Shown piece by piece: positions 48,601-60,000 of a DNA stretch of 64,000 nucleotides (positions are counted from its first letter, which is position 1; every line of letters begins with the position of its first letter). The position numbers and the translations under genes are program-made. Origin of the DNA: Malacoraja senta (Eukaryota); contig CM075992.1 of assembly GCA_038087875.1 (NCBI GenBank), positions 560,001 through 624,000 on the forward strand, read 5' to 3'. The notes beneath the pieces are model-generated. The model had not been told where the DNA came from. It saw only the letters and a list, made by a program, of their open reading frames with translations, and ran no database searches.

Positions 48601-51398
48601 CTGCTCGTGGAGAGGCACGAGTCACAAAGCGTGGAAACAAGCCCTTCAGCCCAACTTGCCCACATCGGCCAACATGCCCCATTCCCACTAGTCCCAACGG
48701 CTGTCAGACCAAGTCAGTGGATATTTTTACGGCAGAGATAGATACTGAAGATTCTTGATTAGCCGGGGTATCAGGGGATTATGGGGAGAAGGCAGGAGAA
48801 TGGGGTTAGGAGGGAGAGATAGATCAGCCATGATTGAATGGAGGAGTAGACTTGATGGGCCAAATGGCCTAATTCTGCTCCTATCACTTATGACCTTATG
48901 AACCTGCCTGCATTTTGCCCATATCCCTCTAACCCCTATCTCTATCAATGTATTTATCTAAATGTTTCTTAAATGTTGTGATAGTCCCTGCAGCGGAGAA
49001 ACCTCCGCCATGATTGAATGGACTAGATGGGCTGAATGGCCTAATTCTGCTCCTACTCTTATGACCTTATGATTCAGTTTATTCATGCCTTGTACCCCCT
49101 GCCTGCTAGGCTTTGTTCGTTTGTGGATCGGAGCTAAGGTTAGAAAGTTCATTGATTTAATTTGCCTTAGATTCAAGGAAACAGGTACTTCGAAACAACA
49201 TATCCATGCTGGCCAAGTTGCCAATCCCACCTGCCTGCGTTTGGCCGTCACCCTTCTAACCCTATCCTATCCAGGTACCTGAGCAAATGCCCTTTAAACA
49301 TCGTAACTGTACTCTTCATTGCTCTGGCAATGGCATGCACCACCCTCTGTGTGAAAAAATTGCCCTTCAGATGCCTTGTTTAAGAAGGAACTGCAGATGC
49401 TGGAAAAAATCGAAGGTAGACAAAATGCTGGAGAACTCAGCGGGTGAGGCAGCATCTATGGAGAGAAGGAGTAGGTGACGTTTCGGGTCGAGTCTCTTCT
49501 TCAGACGGTCTTAAGAAGGGTCTCGACCCAAAACATCACCTATTCCTTCGCTCCATAGATGCTGCCTCACCCTCTGAGTTTCTCCAGCATTTTTGTCTAC
49601 CTTCAGATCCCTTTCTTCTTAAACTGATGTTGCCCAGTTATCAACTACTCTACCCTGGGATAATCTTGAATATTATGATATAGATTTAGCCCTTAGGGCT
49701 AACAGAATCATGGGATATGGAGAGAAAGCAGGAAATGGGGTACTGATTGGGGATGATCAGCCATGATCATATTGAATGGCGGTGCTGGCTCCAAGGGCCG
49801 AATGGCCTACTCCTGCACCTATTTTTCTATGTATACCTCTACCAGGTCATCATTCACATACCTTTGCATTACTATCTTACTATCTACCTCATTGGTGACC
49901 CTCGGACTATCCTTGATCGGACTTTACTGGCTTTACCTTGCACTGGACGTTATTCCCTTATCATGTATCTATACACTGTAAATGGCTCGATTGTAATCAT
50001 GTATTGTCTTTCCGCTGACTGGGTTAGCAAGGGACAAAAAGCTTTTCACTGTACCTCGGTACACGTGACAATAAACTAAACTGAACTGAACACATTTGAA
50101 AATAAAAGTCTCTTCAACTGCTTGATGACGATTGCAACATTTCTGCTCCATGACACCAAGTTCAAGCCTGACTCCAGGCACGCACGCACAAGACAAACGC
50201 TCCCTGTGCTCACTGACCCGTGTTAGCTCCAGTGAAATCATACTTCAAATGGGAAAAAAATCCCTTCCTTGTTTTAACCAGTGACCACGCCTTCCTCCAC
50301 CCCCACCCGTTCACACTAGTTCCATGTTATTCCACTCCCTACACACCAGGGGCAACTTACCCAACAATCCCGCATGTCTTTGGGAATCTGGGAGGAAACC
50401 TGAGCGCCGGGAGCAGAAACCTACTTGGTCACCGAGAGAACATGCAAACTCCACACAGACAGCACCCGAGGTCAGGAACGACCCGGGTCTCTGGCGCTGT
50501 GAGGCAACAACTCCACCCAGCTGCACCACCCTAAAATCTATCACTATTTCTAGCTGTACTTAAATGCTAGATTGGGCTAGATAGGACTCTTAAAGATAGT
50601 GGAGTCAGGGGATATGGGGAGAAGGCAGGAACGGGGTACTGATAGGGGATGATCAGCCATGATCACATTGAATGGCGGTGCTGGCTCGAAGGGCTGAATG
50701 GCCTACTCCTGCTCTTTTGTCCATTGTCTATTGTCTATTGCTGAGAACTATATTCTGCACTCTGATCTCTTTCTCTTTGCTCTGCCTTTTGTACAGTGTT
50801 TGCTTCACTGCATTCACTTAGAGTATTATCTGATTTAATTATGATGGCATGTGAACAAAGACATTTCACTCTACCTCTTAGATGTGACAATAATGAACCT
50901 AAACCAAAAGGGAAATTGACATGTTCTTAAAGGGTGGTGGGTGTATGGAACGATCTGCAGAGGAGGTAGTTCAGGCAGGGACTATCCCAACGTTTAAGAA
51001 ACATTTAGACAGGTACATGGATAGGACATGTTTGGAGGGATATGGACCAAATGCAGGCAGGTGGGACAAGTGTAGATGGGACATGTTGGCCAGTGTGGGC
51101 AAGTTGGGGCTGAAGGGCCTGTTTCCACGCTGTGTCACTCTAAAGGCAACAGAAGAGGTCCACAGAGTGGTTTTAAAAGGCAGAGAGAATTATTTCCTTT
51201 ACAAGACGAGGTAGAGAGTGCAAGACCAGCTTGTGATAGAATGGTCTACACTCATCAGACCACAGTTTTGGATATTGCGTACAGCTCTGGTCACCATGTT
51301 ACAGCAAAGAACTGCAGATGGTGGTTTAAACTGAAGATAGACACAATGCTGGAGTAACTCAGCGGGACAGGCAGCATCTCTGGAGAGAAGGAATAGGT

Positions 51399-51426
51399 GA
51401 CGTTTCGGGTCGAGACCCTTCTTCAG
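51399..51426 (-). ncRNA. Minimal hammerhead core motif within a Penelope terminal region
   Basis: Reverse complement of the 28-nt motif. Confidence 0.55.
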
Positions 51427-51624
51427 ACTGACAGTAAGGGGAAAGGGAACTGCGAGATATAGACGGTGATGGAGAGAGATATAGAACAAGCGAATAAAAG
51501 ATATTGCGAAAAGTATGATGATCAAGGAAAGGTGGAGCCCACAACGGTCTATTGTTGACTGTGGGCTTGGTGATAACGAGTTATACAGACAAGAACTGGA
51601 CCCTCACTCTCTGCACTGATTTAA

Positions 51625-51925
51625 ATTAGAGATACAGCGTGGAAACAGGCCCTTCGGCCCACCGAGTCCCGCACCAACCAGCGATCCCCGCACACTAACA
51701 CCGTCCTACACTAGGGCCAATTTTTACTCTTACACCAAACCAATTTTCCTAAAAAAAAAACTGTACGTCTTTGGAGTGTGGGAGGAAACCGAAGTTCTCA
51801 GAGGAAACCAACGCAGGTCACGGGAGAACGTGCAAACTCCGTACAGACAGCACCCGAAGCCAGGATCGAACCCGGGAGTCTGGTGCTGTAAGGCAGCTAC
51901 TCAACTACTGCGCCACCATGCCACC
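51625..51925 (-). mobile_element. HE1-like SINE
   Basis: Full-length body. Confidence 0.8.
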
Positions 51926-52127
51926 CGTGCTCCTTCATTGAGCCAGGTCCACTGGAGCCTAGACAGCACATGAAGAGCGGTCACCTCAGAGAAGGCAGTG
52001 GTTTGAGGAGCAGTCCCAACACCATCCTCACCAAGGCAACACCTGTGGTCAATGTTTAAACTATCGGGTTTGGACACTGATGTCCAAAGAAATTATTTAA
52101 TTTAAACTTTCACTGCACTGTTCTTAC

Positions 52128-52450
52128 CTGCCGTTCCAGACCAGGTTAAATATCTCCGGGACCTTGTCGACCACAGAACCTTCTGCACCACAAGCCCGGC
52201 TCAAACCCTCACATCACACCTTCCAGGATTTATTTGCTCCACTCCGGGCCGGCGTCACGTCGCACCAGCCAGCAACTTTTGGGGTGGAAGATTGCAACCT
52301 TCACGTGGTCCGCCCTGTTTCGACTAATGCAATCAACTTGACGTGCACAAACGGAAGATCAAATAGAACAAGTTGTCCAACAAGTTTAGGCTGTGCACGC
52401 CACACGAAAGAAGAAGCCAGCAACTTTACATTAGATCGCAGGCTGGAATG
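52128..52450 (-). promoter_or_regulatory. Candidate promoter / non-coding first exon of the Tctex1-domain gene
   Basis: Consensus donor CAG|GTAAGA at 52128/52127 at the edge of a unique, CpG-enriched block; 5' boundary unknown. Confidence 0.4.
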
Positions 52451-53136
52451 GGTATGGGTTGGGTTAGAAAGGGAGGAGGTTGGGTTAGAAAGGGAGGAGG
52501 TGAAGTGGGAGGGTCGGTGAGGTACACAAGGACACACCAGCGAGATGTGAAAGACAAATGTTTACGTTGAGTGTTGTTAACAACCGTGATACTTGGAAAG
52601 CAATTCGTCAGTGTCTGGGTTGGATGGGAGCAAAGACCTTGCTGGCATCTGTCAAGCAGTCAGGCCTCAGCTAGAAGTAAATATTTATCCTGGTGTGAAA
52701 GCGAAATCATTTGAGTTATCGCATAGATAAATGCTGAACAATTCAGAGTGAGAGCAGCCATCTCATAACTCAGCCTGACGATTGATTACAGCTCTCAGTG
52801 AGGGAGCGCTTCACCGTAAGTGTCTGACCCAAGGCTCAGAAATTACAAAAGTCCAGACTGAGTAAACACGATAGATTTAAATGGAGAGTGTTCTCCTGTG
52901 ATTCATTGGACCATTGTGGAAGGCATTTAGAGTGATCCCTGCACACTTGGTGTGGGGTAACGGACGTCACCTCAGCCCAAACCAACAATGTCAAGCACTC
53001 ACTGACTTCATAGAAACATAGAAAATACGTGCAGGAGTAGGCCATTCAGCCCTTCGAGCCTGCACCGCCATTCAATATGATCATGGCTGATCATCCAGAA
53101 TCTGTACCCAGTTCCTGCTTATATATTTACACTGAA

Positions 53137-53229
53137 CTATATATATATATATATAGATAATACTGTGTGTGTATATATATATATGTATGCATATATATAT
53201 ATATATATAAATAAAAGATACTGTGTGTA

Positions 53230-53327
<98 letters not shown>

Positions 53328-53353
53328 TGTGTATGTGTGTGTGTGTATATATA

Positions 53354-53384
<31 letters not shown>

Positions 53385-53472
53385 AAATAAAAGATGCTGT
53401 GTGTGTGTGTGTGTATTTGTATATATATATAAGATAATACTGTATAATATATATATATATAAGATAATACTG

Positions 53473-53523
<51 letters not shown>

Positions 53524-53535
53524 ATAATACTGTAC
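53137..53535. repeat. Compound (TA)n/(TG)n microsatellite with AAGATAATACTGT spacers
   Basis: Direct inspection. Confidence 0.95.
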
Positions 53536-54432
53536 TATGTTTACATATCTGTCGTGCTGTTGCAAGTAATAATTTCATTGTTCCGTTGGGACACATGACA
53601 ATATAACACTCTTTACTCTTAGTTCTGGAGTGTCCAAGGTTTGATCACTCTTCCAGCCTGTCCAATCTCCTCCCATAACCCAAATGCTCCAATTCCAGTG
53701 AACCTGCTACTCCAGCATCCTGCTGTTCCTCTGCACTCTCTCTGCCGTGCCCCTGTCACAAGCTCCAGGTCACAGCCACTGGCCTGCATCCAAGCGTCTG
53801 ACCCAACTGCCTCTCACCTACACCACTGTGTGCCCATTATTGTAACATACACTTGTCTGGTCATTCATGTATAGGAAGGAACTGCAGATGCTGGTTTAAA
53901 CCAAAGATTGACACAAAAAGCTGGAGTACCTCAACGGGATAGGCAGAACCTCTGGAGAGAAGGAATGGGTGATGTTTCGGGTCGAGGTCTGAAGAAGGGT
54001 CTTGACCCAAAACGTCACCCATTCTTCTCTCCAGAGATGCTGCCTGTCCCGCTGAGTTACTCCAGCTTTTTGTGTCTGTCTATGATCATTCATGTTGTGA
54101 CTTGGGAGGTAGTTGGATATATTCAAACTGTGCAAACAAGATTAGAGTAATCTAGATTAATTGACTTGGGCTGCGCTGTGTGTTCTTGCCTAAATTAATC
54201 TTGAAGAGGTTGCCAGGGGAAAACCTGCAACAAGTTAGCAAGCAGAGTCGTCCATCTTTAGTCCAAGTTTGTACTGAGATATTTGCCAAGCAGGTGCTTT
54301 CAATAATAAATAGAAATTAATATTCATTTATTTATTAAAATAACAGTAGCATCACTCAGCAACACCTGAGAAACATGGACCGGGTGCAGCAAAAAATTAT
54401 TTAGACAGCAGACATCAAAGCTGTTGTTAATG

Positions 54433-54867
54433 TATAGACTCCGGCTTGTACTCGCTAGAATTTAGAAGATTGAGGGGGGATCTTATAGAAACTTACAAAA
54501 TTCTTAAGGGGTTGGACAGACTAGATGCAGGAAGATTATTCCCGATGTTGGGGAAGTCCAGAACAAGGGGTCACAGTTTAAGGATAAGGGGGAAGTCTTT
54601 TAGGACCGAGATGAGAAAATCATTTTTCACACAGAGAGTGGTGAATCTCTGGAATTCTCTGCCACAGAAAGTAGTTGAGGCCAGTTCATTGGCTATATTT
54701 AAGAGGGAGTTAGATGTGGCCCTTGTGGCTAAAGGGATCAGGGGGTATGGAGAGAAGGCAGGTACAGGATACTGAGTTGGATGATCAGCCATGATCATAT
54801 TGAATGGCGATGCAGGCTTGAAGGGCCGAATGGCCTACTCCTGCACCTATTTTCTATGTTTCTATGT
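54433..54867 (+). mobile_element. CR1 LINE 3' fragment
   Basis: LYSLEFRRLRGDLIE...WNSLP ORF followed by the 3' UTR and tail. Confidence 0.9.
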
Positions 54868-55824
54868 TTTGCTAGGAATGGCCAGAGAGGTTGACTGTAA
54901 GTGTGTGCTTTCCTCCCACCTCATCCTCACCAGGTCTTCCCCTGTGTTGGACAATCTGAGGAAGGATGTGCTGGCTCTGGAGAGGGACCAGGGGAGGTTT
55001 ACAAGAATGATCCCAGGAATGAGTTGGTTAACATATATGTTATAAATATGAAACAGTAAAAGAGGTTTTGATTGGCAAAAACTCCTCTCAGTTGTATCCA
55101 CATTATCACTTGCCAGGCTTTGTCCTGCCCCCACCTCTTTTCCAGCTTTCTCCCCCCTATCTCCTGTCCCGACCCGAAACTTAATCTGTCCATTCCCTCC
55201 ACAGATGCAGCCTGACTAGCTGAGTACCTCCAGCCCTTTGTTTTCTGTTCATGATTCCAGCACCTGCAGTTCCTTGTACCTCCAGCTTAATAAAGCAGGT
55301 GTTTAAGTATTGTGGAGGAAGGAACTGCAGATGCCGGTTTAAACCAAAGATAGACACAAACAGCTGGAGTAACTCAGCGGGACAGATCCTTCTTCAGACT
55401 GAGATCTGGTGTTGTGCTTCCATCTGTTGGGAAACTGGAGCTGTCTCACTGTCTTCTGCTCAATAAGCTGCCTCAGCCACAGGAGGGCAGCGGGTGACCA
55501 CGTTATGTGGCTCTTTCATGCCTTGTGCATTACTCCTGAACTTTCCCTCGAGGTTAGTGTCCATTGACATCATTTCTCCACGCCACATGCTACTTGCTGC
55601 TGAACTACAGCCAGTGCTATTGATCCTGTTACCGGGAACCACATGTCAGTGATGTCCCTCCCCCTCCCCCGCCCGCATGTCATAAATGATAGGAACAGAA
55701 TTAGGCCATTCGGCCCACCTAATCTGTTCCGCCATTCAATCCTGGCTGATCTATCTCTCCCTCCTAACCCCATTCTCCTTCCTTCTCCCTATAACCCCTG
55801 TCACCCGTACTAATCAAGAATCTA

Positions 55825-56366
55825 TCTGAGGAAGGACATTATAGCCATAGAGGGAGTGCAGAGAAGGTTCACCAGACTGATTCCTGGGATGTCAGGACTT
55901 TCATATGAAGAAAGACTGGATAGACTTGGCTTATACTCGCTAGAATTTAGGAGATTGAGAGGGGATCTTATAGAAACGTACAAAATTCTTATGGGGTTGG
56001 ACAGGCTAGATGCAGGAAGATTGTTCCCGATGTTGGGGAAGTCCAGGACAAGGGGTCACAGCTTAAGGATAAGGGGGAAATCCTTTAAGACCGAGATGAG
56101 GAAAAACGTTTTCACACAGAGAGTGGTGAATCTCTGGAACTCTCTGCCACAGAGGGTAGTTGAGGCCAGTTCATTGGCTATATTTAAGAGGGAGTTAGAT
56201 GTGGCCCTTGTGGCTAAAGGGATCAGGGGGTATGGAGAGAAGGCAGGTACGGGATACTGAGTTGGATGATCAGCCATGATCACATTGAATGGCGGTGCAG
56301 GCTCGAAGGGCCGAATGGCCTACTCCTACACCTATTTTCTATGTATCTATGTATCTATGTATCTAT
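55825..56366 (+). mobile_element. CR1 LINE 3' fragment nested in an opposite-strand CR1 (about 55680-56600)
   Basis: Near-identical to the 28721 copy; the host element resumes after the tail. Confidence 0.9.
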
Positions 56367-56778
56367 CTCTGCATTAAAAATTTCCATTGACTTGGCCTCC
56401 ACAGCCTTCTGTGGCAATTAATTCTACAGATTCACCACCCTCTGACTAAAGAAATTCCTCTCATCTCCTTCCTAAAGGAACATCCTTTAATTATGAGGCC
56501 ATGACCTCTGTTCTGGGACTCTCCCACCAGTGGAAACATCCTCTCCACATCCACTCTATCCAAGTCTTTCACTATTGAGTAAGTTGCAATGAGGTTCCAA
56601 ATTCTCCGACTAGTTTCACTGTCCTCCTGATTAATTTCGCTGTTTGTAAGCCTCGTGGTCACCTTGCCCTCAGCCAACAGTGAACCATTCTACATTTCCT
56701 TTTTCATCGTCTGCTTTAATCTGTCGTTTCCACACCTTCCCCTCCTTATCTCTAGTCTCCCTTTCCCTGACTCTCAGT

Positions 56779-56806
56779 CTGAAGAAGGGTCTCGACCCGA
56801 AACGTC
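56779..56806 (+). ncRNA. Minimal hammerhead core motif within a Penelope terminal region
   Basis: Intact 28-nt motif preceded by the native GACTCTCAGT. Confidence 0.55.
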
Positions 56807-58228
56807 ACCCATTCCTTCTCTCCAGAGATGTTACTTGTTCCACACTACTGTGTTAGTGTGACCACTTGTCACAGTAATTTTGTTAGACTATTAATTTCCA
56901 ATTATCTGCTGCCCTGGTTGGAACAGTTCAGGTTATTCATATGGTGATGATAATAGAGGTAGATTGTCATGGAAGATAGACCAAAAGGGAAACTCCATAA
57001 AAGGCATTTTGCAAATGCTTGGACTTTCCGCCATCACCACCACTTCCCTCCAGCACGGCTGCCTTATCCATAACTTTCTTTTCTAGGCGTCTTTAAGTAG
57101 AGGAAGCTTCCTTATCAATACTGATAATCAGATGTAAAGCTACGAGGTAGCAAAAACAGACCTGACACCAGTTGACATTTGCATTTAATTGCGGTAAATG
57201 ATGGAATGGGGGGGGGGGTGGGGTTGTTCTCTGCCAGGAAGTGGAAGCAGAGCTTCAGCTTGCTTTATATAAACTCAGTGGCAAAAAAAATAATGCAACG
57301 TGAGCAAAGGAATTCAGCAAATCTACCAGGTCTATTTTAGAAAAGGTGACAAAGGTAGATTGTTTAACCCTTTAGGCGCAAAAAGCTTGAGTAACTCAGC
57401 GGGGCTGGTAACATCTCTGGAGAGAAGGAAAGGTGACGTTTCAGGTTGAGATCCTTCTTCAGACTCTTTACTTTAACCCTTTACTATGTTAGGATTTGCT
57501 TTTGACCCACTCCTCAAATTGATGGTCTCTTGATTCCAGATCAAACATAGGCAAAGAAACCTCTTCCTGAAGACCACCTTCATCCACCCTCAGCTCCAAG
57601 TTAAACAGCACTTGGAAGAGATACAGAGGTAGAGAAGGTACTCTCAGTAGGGGGACTTTAACACCCATCAGCAAGAATTACTTGGGAGCACCTCCACTGA
57701 TAAAGGAGGACAAACCGTGAAAGAAATAGCTATCAGATTAAGTTTGCAGCAGGAGGGAGCAGATCCACACAAGGGATACATTTAAGTAACCTCACCTTAG
57801 TCAACATATCTAATAGACATCAATAATATAGTAGACAAAGTTCCATCTTTACACAGAGGGAACCTTTGTACTGTGTGGTATTACCATTGTCCCAGATGGG
57901 TAACCTCAGAATAGTTCTTCAGACATATTAATCCAGCATCTGCAGTTCCTTCCTATAGCTTTGTGGGTTAATTGCCCCTCTGTAAATTGGCCCCAGTGTG
58001 TAGGGAGTGGATGAGATAATCTGTAGTTCTGTTTCTACAATGACACTCTAAACTTTGCAGTCATGTCCTGTGTTCATATATAGAAACATAGTTTAGTGAG
58101 CGAGCTTCATGTATGGTGCCAGTGGCAATGGGCAGGAGTGATGCTGAGAGTGAACCTGACCGAAGATAGACACAAACAGCTGGAGTAACTCAGCTTTAGT
58201 GTGTGAGCTCCATGCATGGTGCATGGGG

Positions 58229-59005
58229 CAATGGGCTGCACTGATGCGGCACTGGGCTTCAATGGGCTGCACTGATGCTACAATGGGCTGAACTGATGCT
58301 GCAATGGGCTGAACTGATGCAATGGGCTGCACTGATGCTACAATTGGCTGCAATGGGCTGAACTGATCCAATGGGCTGCACTGATGTTGCAGTGGGCTGC
58401 ACTGATACTGCAATGGGCTGCACTGATGCAATGGGCTGTACTGATGCAATGGGCTGCACTGATGCTGCAATGGGCTGCACCGATGCTGCAATGGGCTGCA
58501 CTGGTGCTGCACTGGCGCTGTAATGGGCTGAACTGGTGCAGTGGGCTGCACTGATGCTGCAATGGGCTGCATTGATGCTGCAATGGGCTGAACTGATGCA
58601 ATGGGCTGCACTGATGCTACAATTGGCTGCAATGGGCTGAACTGATGCAATGGGCTGCACTGATGCTGCAGTGGGCTGCACTGATGCTGCAATGGGCTGC
58701 ACTGATGCAATGGGCTGCACTGATGCAATGGGCTGCACTGATGCTGCAGTGGGCTGCACTGATGTTGCAATGGGCTGCACTGATGCAATAGGCTGCACTG
58801 ATGCAATGGGCTGCACTGATGCTGCAGTGGGCTGCACTGATGCTGCAATGGGCTGCACTGATGCTGCAATGGGCTGCACTGGTGCTGCAATGGGCTGCAC
58901 TGATGCAATGGGCTGCACTGATGCAATGGGCCTGCACTGATGCTGCAATGGGCTGCACTGATGCTGCAATGGGCTGCACTGATGCTGCAATGGGCTGCAC
59001 CGATA
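58229..59005. repeat. 18/21-bp minisatellite AATGGGCTGCACTGATGC(TGC), about 40 units
   Basis: Direct inspection. Confidence 0.95.
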
Positions 59006-59049
59006 CTGACAGTGAACCGGGATCAGTCCCAGCATCAGCACCAAACAGC

Positions 59050-59170
59050 ACCAAGGGCAGGGGGCGTGCTGACGTCACGGGGGAGGGGGGGGGGGGCAGG
59101 GGCAGGGGCAGAGGCAGGGGCGGGGCGGGACGCGCTGACGTCACGGGGTGCGCAATCCTGCCCCCTGCTG
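59050..59170 (+). promoter_or_regulatory. CpG-island promoter with two full CRE sites and GC boxes
   Basis: TGACGTCA at 59070-59077 and 59136-59143; GGGGCGGGGC at 59117-59126; high GC and CpG content relative to the rest of the window. Confidence 0.75.
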
Positions 59171-59491
59171 GCGGCGTGGGGCCGAGCGCTGGAGGCGGCG
59201 GGTGGGGAGAAGCGGGGAGAAGGAGAAGGAGGGAGAGGGAGAGGGAGAGGCCGTGGTGGCGGTGGCGGCTGAAGCTGAGGTGAGGGGAGGTGAGGGGGAG
59301 CGGGAGGAGGAGGGAGGAGGGAGGAGGAGGACAGGGAGAGGGAGGGAGAGGCGGCTGTGGTTGAGGGGAGGGGGAGACGAGGAGACGAGGAGACGGCGGT
59401 TGTTCCCGGGCCCGCGGATGGGCAGCATCTCTCTCTCGCGCTGTCCCGGTAGGGCTAGGCTTCGTGTGAGGGGCCGAGAGGCCGCAGCCCG
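59170..59491 (+). other. Probable first exon (mostly 5' UTR) of an unidentified plus-strand gene
   Basis: GC/GA-rich leader after the CRE promoter, ending in the donor CCG|GTGAGT at 59491/59492; start is approximate; there is an ATG at 59418 with no recognisable product. Confidence 0.6.
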
Positions 59492-59589
59492 GTGAGTCAG
59501 TCACTGATGGAGGGAGGGGGAGAGGTGGGAGGGACAGGGACAGGGATGGGCGGGTTAAATGGCGGCCGGGGGTGGGTGGTCCTCATCCC

Positions 59590-60000
59590 TGGCCAGGCGG
59601 AGGGAGGGAGGGATGGAGGAGGGAGGGAGTAGGGAGGGAGGGAGTAGGGAGGGAGGAGGGAGAGAGGGAGGAGGGAGGGAGGGAGGAGGGAGAGAGGGGT
59701 GGAGGAGGAGGTGGGGAGGATGGAGAGAGGGAGGGATGGAGGAGGGAGGGATGGAGGAGGGAGGGATGGAGGAGGGAGAGAGGGGTGGAGGAGGAGGTGG
59801 GGAGGATGGAGAGAGGGAGGGATGGAGGAGGGAGGGATGGAGGAGGGAGGGATGGAGGAGGGAGGGATGGAGGAGGGAGAGATGATGGAGGAGGAGGGAT
59901 GGAGGAGGAGGGAGGGAGGGAGGGATGGAGGAGGGATGGAGGAGGGAGGGATGGAGGAGGGAGAGATGATGGAGGAGGAGGTGGGGAGGATGGCACAGGA
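59590..60000. repeat. Purine-rich (GGA/GGGA)n tract; G-rich skew continues to about 60850
   Basis: GGATGGAGGAGGGAG units. Confidence 0.9.

Noticed and set aside
53081..53598. YI/HT/CV-repeat ORFs
   Set aside because: Microsatellite translations.
57170..57290. Octamer ATTTGCAT and TATATAAA as a promoter
   Set aside because: Short motifs expected by chance, with no associated exon or RNA gene recognised.
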